NCBI GenBank assembly: GCA_002010065.2
Contig: MTMD02000008.1
Span: forward strand, 64,001-128,000
DNA length: 64,000 bases
Direction: 5' to 3'
Origin: Candidatus Pyrohabitans jungbluthii
Lineage (GTDB): Archaea; Hydrothermarchaeota; Hydrothermarchaeia; Hydrothermarchaeales; BMS3B
Positions 1-7,744 of the stretch are shown here, piece after piece. The notes beneath the pieces were generated by a model. The model searched no databases, was not told the DNA's origin, and saw nothing but the letters and a program-made list of their open reading frames with translations. A program made the position numbers and the translations under genes. Position 1 is the first letter of the stretch. Each line of letters begins with the position of its first letter.

Positions 1-30
1 GTAGGAAGTATCGTCGAATGAGGTGGTATC

Positions 31-645
31 TTGGAAATCTATGAGATGACAGAGGAGCAACAGGACGCTTTTAAGGAAATTGGTAACATAGGCGCCGGAC
101 ATGCCTCTACTGCCCTCTCAGAGATGATAAACAAGAGGGTAACAATGGTCGTGCCCAGGGCATACGTAATCCCCATTCAGCGCGTACCAGAGGTTATAGG
201 CGGCTATGAGATTCCAATTGTGGGGATATACCTGAGTGTATTTGGAGACATACCAGGAAAGATACTTATTACCCTACCTGAGGAGACCGCCCATTATCTC
301 GCCTCGGAGCTTTTAGGGGAGGAGAGCTCAGATGGGCTGGTATCTCCTATGGAGCAGTCCGCTCTGGAAGAACTTGGGAATATAATTTCTGGCTCATACC
401 TCTCTGCCCTTGCAGAATTTTTAGGAAAGCGGTTTATTCCCTCTACGCCTAGCATGGCATACGACATGGCAGGTGCAATAGTTGACCTTCTCATTATCGA
501 GCTCGGTCAGAAGGTTGACTACGCAGTGACGATAGAGACTCAGTTTATAATATCCTCGCGAAGTCTCTCCGGACAGTTTTTCTTCCTTCTTGATGCTGAC
601 TCCTACAGAAAAATCCTAGAAAGCATAGGGATGTACCCGAAATGA
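31..645 (+). CDS. cheC: Chemotaxis phosphatase CheC
   Basis: Two D/S-xxxE-x2-N-x22-P motifs (DAFKEIGNIG, SALEELGNII); RBS GAGGTGG before TTG start; operon with cheD, cheR. Confidence 0.93.
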   Translation: MEIYEMTEEQQDAFKEIGNIGAGHASTALSEMINKRVTMVVPRAYVIPIQRVPEVIGGYEIPIVGIYLSVFGDIPGKILITLPEETAHYLASELLGEESSDGLVSPMEQSALEELGNIISGSYLSALAEFLGKRFIPSTPSMAYDMAGAIVDLLIIELGQKVDYAVTIETQFIISSRSLSGQFFFLLDADSYRKILESIGMYPK

Positions 646-1109
646 AGCACAGCGTGGGCATAGGGGAGTACAGGGTAGTTAGGCCGCCTGCGGTACTTGT
701 AAGCTTGGGCTTAGGCTCCTGTGTGGGCGTGGCTCTTTACGACCCGGAGAGGAAGATCGGCGGTCTGGCTCACGTCATGCTCCCATCCAGCAATGGTACT
801 GAGAAAATTACAAACCCTGGGAAGTACGCCGACCAGGCGATAAAGCTGATGCTGGAGGAGATGATTAAACGTGGCGCTTCCAAGAGCAGAATAGTAGCGA
901 AAATCGCCGGCGGAGCGACGATGTTCAAAAACTCCAAAAACTCCATAGGCGAGAGAAACGTTGAAAGTGTTAGAGAAATACTGAAAAAAGAAGGTATAAA
1001 AATAGTAGGTGAAGATACAGGAAAAAATTATGGAAGGAGCGTTGAATTCGATACAGAAACTGGCTTATTACATGTCAGAAGCTTTAAATATGGTGAAACT
1101 GTCCTTTAA
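642..1109 (+). CDS. cheD: Chemoreceptor glutamine deamidase CheD
   Basis: LGLGSCVGV, GGLAHVMLP, GKYAD, KIAGGA, IGERN motifs. Confidence 0.95.
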   Translation: MKHSVGIGEYRVVRPPAVLVSLGLGSCVGVALYDPERKIGGLAHVMLPSSNGTEKITNPGKYADQAIKLMLEEMIKRGASKSRIVAKIAGGATMFKNSKNSIGERNVESVREILKKEGIKIVGEDTGKNYGRSVEFDTETGLLHVRSFKYGETVL

Positions 1110-1126
1110 TCAGGAGATGATTTGGC

Positions 1127-1945
1127 TTGTCCGGACAGAATAGGTTTTTTGAGTATGCTGGCGACTTTAAAAAGCTTCTCGATGAGATATCAAGAAATAC
1201 TGGTCTGAACTTGGTGGGATACCGGGATTCCTATCTCAAGCGCAGAATCGGAGTGAGAATAAAAGCAAATCGCCTCAAGTCCTATGATGAATATATTGAG
1301 TTTCTCAGGAAAAATCCCTCAGAATATGACAAACTCCTTGACAGACTCACAGTAAACGTAACAGAGTTCTTTCGCAATCCCAGCACCTTCGAAGCTTTCA
1401 GGTCAAAGGTGCTACCTGAACTATCCTCCAAGAGGGAGATAAGGATATGGAGTGCCGGATGTGCCTCCGGGGAAGAGCCCTATTCCATCGCCATAACTGT
1501 TTCTGAGTTTTTTGGGAGAGAGCTTGAAAGGCGTTTTATAAGAATATATGCCACAGATATAGATGGTTTGAGCTTAAGAAGGGCTATTAAAGGAGAATAC
1601 GAAGCTAAGAAGGTGGCTAATGTTGATAGTGATATGTTAAATAAGTATTTTATTAAGACTGGTGAGAAATATATGGTTAAACCAGAAATAAAAAGGATGG
1701 TAATCTTTGAGAAGCAGGACATTCTGAAGAGAAGGTGGATTAATTTCTTTGATGTGGTCTTCTGCAGGAATGTAGCCATCTATTTTTCCCGTGATTCCTT
1801 AGAAATTCTCTACGGAAATTTGTACGATTCCCTGCGCAAAGGTGGCTATCTCATTACCGGAAAGGTGGAATCGCTTGCCGGCGATATAAAAAGCCACTTT
1901 GAGGTGGTGGATAACAGAGAGCACATCTACAGAGCCTTAAAGTGA
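1127..1945 (+). CDS. cheR: Chemotaxis methyltransferase CheR
   Basis: TVNVTEFFRN, IWSAGCASGEEPYS, FCRNV motifs. Confidence 0.96.
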   Translation: MSGQNRFFEYAGDFKKLLDEISRNTGLNLVGYRDSYLKRRIGVRIKANRLKSYDEYIEFLRKNPSEYDKLLDRLTVNVTEFFRNPSTFEAFRSKVLPELSSKREIRIWSAGCASGEEPYSIAITVSEFFGRELERRFIRIYATDIDGLSLRRAIKGEYEAKKVANVDSDMLNKYFIKTGEKYMVKPEIKRMVIFEKQDILKRRWINFFDVVFCRNVAIYFSRDSLEILYGNLYDSLRKGGYLITGKVESLAGDIKSHFEVVDNREHIYRALK

Positions 1946-1983
1946 GCCGCTCTTTCCAAGCCGGAGAAAGGAGCATCTACACA

Positions 1984-3297
1984 TTATTTGGCCAGTTCTT
2001 TAAGTATCCTTCTAACCTTTAAAACTATATCCTGTGGATTTTTGCCGAGAAGCCTTATCATAGGTTCCTTCCCCACTGCACCTTCATCATAGATGGCGTC
2101 TGGAAGCTCACCGTGATCCTCTATCGCCTTAAGTGTGCCCCACTCCATGGTACTAACTCCAGGTGGCTCATCATCTCTTGAAAAACTGGCAACCTTAAGT
2201 CCTGTCTCTTCTACCGCCTTTAGCGTCTCAGGGGAATACCTTATGTTTATAGCCGACCTTACGCTTGGGTGTTTGCGTGAAGCTGCGAGCAGAACCCTTG
2301 AGACGTGCTGGGAGGCTGCAAAACCAACGCAACCCGCAATTACAGCTCTACCACCAGCCTTTACTATCCTTCCTCTTATCCCAGCTACATCCTCTGCACC
2401 TTTCGGATTCGGAAGAGAGTAAACAAAGTTTATCCCCACCTCAGGTATCAATCTTTGGAAACCCGGGAGATTCACTACCTCCTCCACAGCCGCTTCTAAA
2501 TCCACAAGCACAGCATGCCTCATCGCTTCCCTTTCTATATTGATGAGCTGATTAAGAATTCGTGCACCCTTTCCTGGAGAATAAGAATACCTTATTGCGT
2601 CTGCAATATATTCCTTAGCCTTCTCTACAGCTTCCTTCAGCTCAAGCCCCTTTGCAAGGTATGCAGTTATAGCTGCGGAATAGGTACACCCAGTCCCATG
2701 ATATCTACCCTTATAGTACTCTGATGAGAACTCGTAAAATTCGCCTTCATGATAGAGTACGTCTACACCCCTGAGATGCCCGCCCTTTACAAGCACAGCC
2801 TTAGTATTTTCTGCAATCCTCAAAGCCGCTTCCCTCGCATCCTCAAGAGAGCGAATTTTTATCCCTGAGAGCACCTCCGCCTCATGTATATTGGGGGTAA
2901 CCAGCGCAGCTTTAGGCAGAAGGTGCTTTTTAAGGGCTTCAACCGCACTGCTCTCCTGCAATTTATCTCCAGATGTGGCCACCATTACAGGGTCAACCAC
3001 AAGGGGGTAATCGCCCACGTTATTAGCCACGAGCTTTATTATTTCCTCTGTGGCGAGCATTCCAGTCTTCGCAGTAGCTATCTCAAAGTCAGCGTGCACA
3101 GCTTCCATTTGCCTTTTAATAAAGCTCTGTGGAAGGTTGTGCACGCCCTCTACGCCCTGTGTATTTTGTGCTGTTACAGAGGTTATTACACTGACCCCAT
3201 GCACCCCAAGAGCGGCGAAGGTTTTGAGGTCTGCCTGAATCCCTGCCCCACCGCCACTATCTGCGCCTGCAATTGTCAGACATGTAACCTTTTTCAT
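1984..3297 (-). CDS. thiDN: Bifunctional HMP/HMP-P kinase - thiamine-phosphate synthase (ThiD-ThiN fusion)
   Basis: LTIAGADSGGGAGIQADLKT, HGTGC; C-terminal LIPEVGIN...GKEPMI ThiN domain. Confidence 0.93.
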   Translation of the reverse strand: MKKVTCLTIAGADSGGGAGIQADLKTFAALGVHGVSVITSVTAQNTQGVEGVHNLPQSFIKRQMEAVHADFEIATAKTGMLATEEIIKLVANNVGDYPLVVDPVMVATSGDKLQESSAVEALKKHLLPKAALVTPNIHEAEVLSGIKIRSLEDAREAALRIAENTKAVLVKGGHLRGVDVLYHEGEFYEFSSEYYKGRYHGTGCTYSAAITAYLAKGLELKEAVEKAKEYIADAIRYSYSPGKGARILNQLINIEREAMRHAVLVDLEAAVEEVVNLPGFQRLIPEVGINFVYSLPNPKGAEDVAGIRGRIVKAGGRAVIAGCVGFAASQHVSRVLLAASRKHPSVRSAINIRYSPETLKAVEETGLKVASFSRDDEPPGVSTMEWGTLKAIEDHGELPDAIYDEGAVGKEPMIRLLGKNPQDIVLKVRRILKELAK

Positions 3298-3448
3298 AAC
3301 TCCACCTCTTAACCTGTTGCATTTTTAATTATTAAAACAATTTTGTAAATTTCAATTTTGTTTTATGGTATAAAAGATTATTGTAAAAGTAGAAAAGTTT
3401 ATATATCATGAAAAATATATAATACAAGGTATAATGAGGTGGTAAGAA

Positions 3449-3979
3449 ATGGAAGAATTGTTTTTACAAAAAAAGCCAAAAGAGATACTATTTTATCTTA
3501 AAAATCAGACCTCTGCAAATATATCGGAAATCGCGGTTAAAACGAACTCTACATATGCACATTCATTTAATTTGGTAAAGGAGCTAGAGGATCTTGGAAT
3601 AATAATAACAAAAAAGAGAGGGAGGTCAAAGGTTGTAACCCTCACAGAAAAAGGTAGAGAACTTGCTACTCTGCTGGAAGAATTCATCGAGGTGTTGAGA
3701 AGCAAGAAAACCACGTCGCGACGCAGAAAGAGGCATGAGTCAGCTAAAAAAACACCTATCAGTGCTTCGGATAGATTGACTAAATACTATGAAAATTTGA
3801 AGAAAATTTCGGAAAACATAAAAAGCGGTGATATCGACTCACAAAAGTCAAAAATTAAGAGGGTTGTTGGAAGATACCGGCAAATTATAAAGAAGATGAG
3901 GCCCAGAGATGAGAAAGGAAGACAGCTCAGGAAAGCTGCACTGATGGAAATAGAATCCATTTTAAAGAATTTGTCGTGA
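3449..3979 (+). CDS. Winged-helix (MarR-like) DNA-binding protein with basic C-terminal extension
   Basis: ISEIAVKTNSTYAHSFNLVKELEDLGII...VTLTEKG wHTH pattern; TATA (TTTATATA ~3398) and RBS GAGGTGG. Confidence 0.75.
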   Translation: MEELFLQKKPKEILFYLKNQTSANISEIAVKTNSTYAHSFNLVKELEDLGIIITKKRGRSKVVTLTEKGRELATLLEEFIEVLRSKKTTSRRRKRHESAKKTPISASDRLTKYYENLKKISENIKSGDIDSQKSKIKRVVGRYRQIIKKMRPRDEKGRQLRKAALMEIESILKNLS

Positions 3980-4027
3980 TTAACATAAGGGAAAGATATA
4001 TATCAGCAATATTTTGAAAATATAACC

Positions 4028-4888
4028 ATGGCCAGAGTGAAAAAGAGAAGCAAAGATGAAAATGTGAAAAAAGTTGCAATATATGTTAGAGTTTCCACTG
4101 AAGACCAAGCAAAAGAAGGTTTCTCGCTAAATGCGCAGCTTGAAAGGCTGCGCAGCTACTGCTCTGCGAGGGGGTGGAAAATTTACAAGGAGTACGTTGA
4201 TGACGGATATTCAGGCAGGTACACCAACAGACCTGCGTATCAGAAGATGCTTGAAGAGATGGACAACTGGGATGTGCTCCTCGTTTTGAAAATGGACAGA
4301 ATTCACAGGAATTCAAGAAATTTCATGGAGATGATGGAACTTCTTAATGAAAACAACAAAGAATTTGTGAGCATGACTGAAAGTCTTGACACCAGCACTG
4401 CAATGGGGCGTTTTGTTATGGACATTATACAGCGCATTGCCCAGCTGGAAAGTGAGCAGATTGGTGAGAGAGTGTACACCGGAATGGAGCAGAAGGCACG
4501 CACACCGGCGGAGCAGCTTGGCCAGGGGAGGCATCCCTACCTAGGGTTTGCCCATCCGTACGGCTACCATTATTCAAATGGAAAGCTCATAGTCAACCCA
4601 AAGGAGGCGAAGTACGTTAGGTTCATCTTTCACGAATATGTAAAGGGAAAGACTCTCGACGAGATATGCAGACAGCTCAATGAGATGGGAGTCCCTACAA
4701 AGAAAGGAGGAAAATGGGCAAAATATACGATTTCAAAGATTTTAAAAAATCCGATTTATGCAGGATATCTCGAATGGAACGGAATTATTAAAAAGAACAA
4801 CCACGAAGCGATAATTGACAAAGAAACATACAATAAAGCACAAAAGATAATTGAGAGTCGAGGGGGTACACCGGTATATATACCCTAG
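4028..4888 (+). CDS. Serine recombinase (catalytic domain + recombinase domain, no zinc ribbon/coiled coil)
   Basis: AIYVRVSTEDQ catalytic Ser, D.G.SG...RP, KMDRIHR, PYGY, ILKNPIYAG, HEAIID motifs; 286 aa. Confidence 0.93.
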   Translation: MARVKKRSKDENVKKVAIYVRVSTEDQAKEGFSLNAQLERLRSYCSARGWKIYKEYVDDGYSGRYTNRPAYQKMLEEMDNWDVLLVLKMDRIHRNSRNFMEMMELLNENNKEFVSMTESLDTSTAMGRFVMDIIQRIAQLESEQIGERVYTGMEQKARTPAEQLGQGRHPYLGFAHPYGYHYSNGKLIVNPKEAKYVRFIFHEYVKGKTLDEICRQLNEMGVPTKKGGKWAKYTISKILKNPIYAGYLEWNGIIKKNNHEAIIDKETYNKAQKIIESRGGTPVYIP

Positions 4889-4900
4889 CTCTTAGTCCCG

Positions 4901-4926
4901 GTAAACAACGGTAGACCGTCGTTTAC
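4901..4926. repeat. 26-bp imperfect palindrome (12+2+12), candidate recombinase crossover site or terminator
   Basis: GTAAACAACGGT-AG-ACCGTCGTTTAC, one mismatch, 12 bp downstream of the recombinase stop codon. Confidence 0.7.
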
Positions 4927-4949
4927 GTATATATAAATAAAACTGTACT

Positions 4950-5310
4950 GCACAAGCCCCGTATTATCCTACGAGTATTTCACCAAGTTTTGAGTGAAGT
5001 TTTAAACCCAGGATATAGGAACTCACAGTTAATGGAATAGAGAAGATCATGTTTCAAATGGTCCGTCATAACCTCAGCACAAATTTCGCAGAGGAATAAC
5101 TTGGCATAAGTTGGCGTCAAAACCTACAGTTTGTAAATTTTGTACTGTGAATCGAGAGACCCTAGTGACTGGCTGCTCTGGAGCGGTCCCGGAAGACCGC
5201 GTGATTTGCCCTGAGAGCGATTTTTTCACATCAGGGAAGGGTAACGTACCCGGAAAACTGCAGCAATTAAAAATTTTCCCTTTTAGGGTCAATATCCAGT
5301 GGCCTCTGTA
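4950..5310. ncRNA. Candidate structured non-coding RNA of unknown family
   Basis: Series of stems (GCGGTC/GACCGC, CCCTGA/TCAGGG, GGGTA/TACCC, GGAAAA/TTTTCC, CTGGA/TCCAG, GACCCTA/TAGGGTC); no credible ORF; TATA-like boxes at ~4929 and ~5316. Confidence 0.35.
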
Positions 5311-5379
5311 GACTGTTTATATATAGTTTTTGTCTTGCTATATAGCAAGTATTGAGGGCGTACTAGCTTGTTGTTAAAG

Positions 5380-5541
5380 AAGGAGCTGCTAGATTCAGTG
5401 CACAGGAAGCCAGATCTGCGATGCCAATAATGGGCAAGTAAAATCCACAGAGATATACCCGTGAAGTATGGGAGTGGGTTGAGAAGAACAGCGGTGAGGA
5501 GAGAGACAACCACAACGTAAGCGCTCTTCCGCAGCCTATCT
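5380..5541 (-). pseudogene. Frameshifted fragment of a UbiA-family DGGGP synthase
   Basis: Colinear identities with 29863..30678: ATCTGCGATGCC (5414 vs 29986), ACGTAAGCGCTC (5515 vs 30086); peptides LLTAVLLNPLPY and FYLPIIGIAD lie in different frames. Confidence 0.8.
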
Positions 5542-5572
5542 CCAATGTCATACGCCTTACACCATCTTTTAT

Positions 5573-5873
5573 TACAATAATGTTTACAAAGTGAAACAAT
5601 TTTTGTAAAAGGTTTCTACCTAATTATATGTTATATAATATATTTTTTACAATATATTTTTAAGCTAAGAACGATGAAATGTTTTACAATAATGTTTGCA
5701 AAATAATGAATATACAGGGAAGAGGTAACAAAAAACTATTGCCTCGGTAAAGATTGGTGATTTAGAAACTCTGCCGGGGTAGCCTAGCCCGGAAAGGCGC
5801 CAGACTCGAGATCTGGTGCTCGCAAGAGCTCAGGGGTTCAAATCCCTTCCCCGGCGCTATAATAATGTTTGCA
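5573..5873 (+). repeat. Three direct repeats TA(C/T)AATAATGTTT(A/G)CA around tRNA-Ser
   Basis: Copies at 5573-5588, 5685-5700, 5858-5873; inverted partial copy at 3377-3388. Confidence 0.7.
5773..5856 (+). tRNA. tRNA-Ser (anticodon CGA)
   Basis: Acceptor GCCGGGG/CCCCGGC, anticodon arm CCAGA-CTCGAGA-TCTGG, long variable arm, GTTCAAATC T-loop; CCA not encoded. Confidence 0.97.
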
Positions 5874-5941
5874 TTATACTCTAGGGTAATGTATGCACCA
5901 CTTTTTTATATTCCCTCACCTCAATAAGTAGCGGTGATTGT

Positions 5942-6961
5942 GTGCAGCTGTTAAGCTGGGGAAAGCGATTAATTCTAAACCCCATATACTGGCCTAGCGC
6001 TGCGTCGCTTGCGAGCTTTATAGCACTTATAATATCTGGAATAGCACTGGGCTTCTGGTATGAACCTCACCCAAGCGTCGCCTATGAGAGCATAATATAC
6101 ATTGGAGATTATGTCGCCTTTGGACAGCTAATGTTGAGTGTACATCACTACGCCACCGATGTGCTGATAGCCTCAACCCTCTTGCATCTTATAAGAGTTT
6201 TCTTCATGGGCACTTACAAGGGCAAACTTTACGCCTGGACTGAAGGAAGCTATCTCATCTCCAAGCTCCAGCGCATTCATACCGAGGTAACAGAATTAAA
6301 ACTCGGCAATGCCTGGATAAGTGGCGTGGTGCTTCTTCTGATAACCGTGCTATTCCTCTTCTCCGGCTACCTGCTGCGCTGGGATGAGATAGGCTACTAC
6401 AGTATCCAGATAACCACCTCAATAGTCGCTTACACTCCAGTCATCGGCGACACCCTTCGCAGCCTGATTCTCGGCGGTAGTGAGATAACATCGCGCAGCC
6501 TGGCTAGGTTTTACATCGCCCATGCCATACTTCTCCCCCTCCTCTACCTTCTCTTCCTCGGACTTCATTACTATTACATAAAAAAAGCACGCTTCTACTG
6601 GCTTGAGGTAGGGGTGGGTAGTGTAACTTTGGGCTTTCTTCTGCTGGTGAGTGTTCTTAGTCCCTTTGGACTCGCTGCAAAACCATCTGCAGAGCTTACC
6701 GTGAGCCTAAAGCCACCGTGGCTATTTTTATGGCTCTATGTAATAGAGCGCGGCGTTGGATACATCTCGCCCCGCTTCAACTTTGTGAACATCCTGCTCC
6801 TTCTGAGCATACTCACCCTCCTGTTCCTGGTACCTTACATAGACTCGGGTGAAGAAAAACCTGAAACTAAGAAGAAACGAACCATTGTAGGCATCGCCAG
6901 CCTGACCTTTTTCATACTTCTCTCCATCATCGGCTACCTCTGGGAGGCATCCTCACCCTGA
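5942..6961 (+). CDS. Cytochrome b (b/b6 N-terminal domain fused to subunit IV-like domain)
   Basis: Heme ligand pairs VHHYATDVLIASTLLH and YIAHAILLP...LGLH; SGYLLRWD; KPPWLFLW at the PEWY position. Confidence 0.88.
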   Translation: MQLLSWGKRLILNPIYWPSAASLASFIALIISGIALGFWYEPHPSVAYESIIYIGDYVAFGQLMLSVHHYATDVLIASTLLHLIRVFFMGTYKGKLYAWTEGSYLISKLQRIHTEVTELKLGNAWISGVVLLLITVLFLFSGYLLRWDEIGYYSIQITTSIVAYTPVIGDTLRSLILGGSEITSRSLARFYIAHAILLPLLYLLFLGLHYYYIKKARFYWLEVGVGSVTLGFLLLVSVLSPFGLAAKPSAELTVSLKPPWLFLWLYVIERGVGYISPRFNFVNILLLLSILTLLFLVPYIDSGEEKPETKKKRTIVGIASLTFFILLSIIGYLWEASSP

Positions 6962-7125
6962 AGATACTCTCTGATTATGGCGATGCCAATCCCAACCAGT
7001 ACAAGACCCAGAAAGAAAGCGAAATAGTCCTCCCAGGTGTAAACCTTAACCCCACCTTCATTCTCCATGGCAAATGCTAGAGGGAGTGAGAAAACAAAAG
7101 CCAGCAGCGACAGCGTATTTTTCAT
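6934..7125 (-). CDS. Small membrane protein (signal peptide + one TM helix), ~63 aa
   Basis: MKNTLSLLAFVFSLPLAFA...YFAFFLGLVLVGIGIAII; follows the triheme gene on the same strand; start re-called to ATG 7125. Confidence 0.5.
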   Translation of the reverse strand: MKNTLSLLAFVFSLPLAFAMENEGGVKVYTWEDYFAFFLGLVLVGIGIAIIREYLQGEDASQR

Positions 7126-7157
7126 AAAATAAAAAAAGAAAGCAGAGTTTTTAAATT

Positions 7158-7526
7158 TTACTGCATTATAGCAGGAAGCTCGTGGCACTTCGTGCAGGTC
7201 GTCTGGATATCGTGGCACTCACTGCAGAAGTTCTTGTGCCCTTCAAACTTCTCAAACGCCTGCTTGTGCAAGCCTGTGCGCATGTCCGCTAAGGCAGGAG
7301 CGTCGTGACACTGATCGCACTTGCCTTCGCCGTGAAGCGCTACCTCTTCATAACCAGGAGCAGCTTCCTCTACAGTCTCCTTGGGTGCCTCTGTTGCTGG
7401 AGGCTGTGTAGCGGCAGGAGCCTCTGTAGCAGGCGCAGGAGCCTTGGTCTCGCCTCCACCACCGGTGCAGCCAGCAAAGGCAAGCACCAACAGTAGTATC
7501 CCTGCAGCAATCACAAACCGTCTCAT
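7158..7526 (-). CDS. Triheme c-type cytochrome lipoprotein
   Basis: Lipobox LAFAGC, Ala/Pro/Thr linker, CDQCH, CSECH, CTKCH; RBS AGGAGG. Confidence 0.88.
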   Translation of the reverse strand: MRRFVIAAGILLLVLAFAGCTGGGGETKAPAPATEAPAATQPPATEAPKETVEEAAPGYEEVALHGEGKCDQCHDAPALADMRTGLHKQAFEKFEGHKNFCSECHDIQTTCTKCHELPAIMQ

Positions 7527-7697
7527 GTTTTCTCCTCCTTAAGTTTCCGTTCCATCATGACTACTTTCAATATAAATAAGTTTCGTGTAGATTCCGTATC
7601 TGTAGAGAACGAATATTTTTCGCTAGGCGCGTGTTGTACCACAAGCCATACCTATCCACAAACTTTATATAGAAGTTCAAAAACATAGGTAAAGGAA

Positions 7698-7718
7698 AAA
7701 GTTACTTAATGTAACTTT
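7698..7718. promoter_or_regulatory. Palindromic operator upstream of thermosome gene
   Basis: AAAGTTAC-TTAAT-GTAACTTT perfect inverted repeat downstream of TATA box TTTATATA (7664-7671). Confidence 0.6.
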
Positions 7719-7744
7719 AACCCTTTGAAAATGGAGGTGAATAA

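Noticed and set aside
4028-4888. IS607-type transposon
   Set aside because: No N-terminal MerR-like HTH and no adjacent tnpB
5074-5599. Short ORFs 5074..5292, 5111..5311, 5289..5513, 5363..5599 as intact genes
   Set aside because: No RBS or protein-like composition; the last two are explained by the DGGGP synthase relic
5290-5760. Replication origin (AT-rich tract, TCCAGTGG at 5295)
   Set aside because: No full or repeated ORB elements and no cdc6/orc1 nearby
5573-5873. CRISPR-like reading of the 16-bp repeats
   Set aside because: Repeats too short, spacing irregular (112 and 173 bp), no cas genes; no CRISPR array seen anywhere in the window
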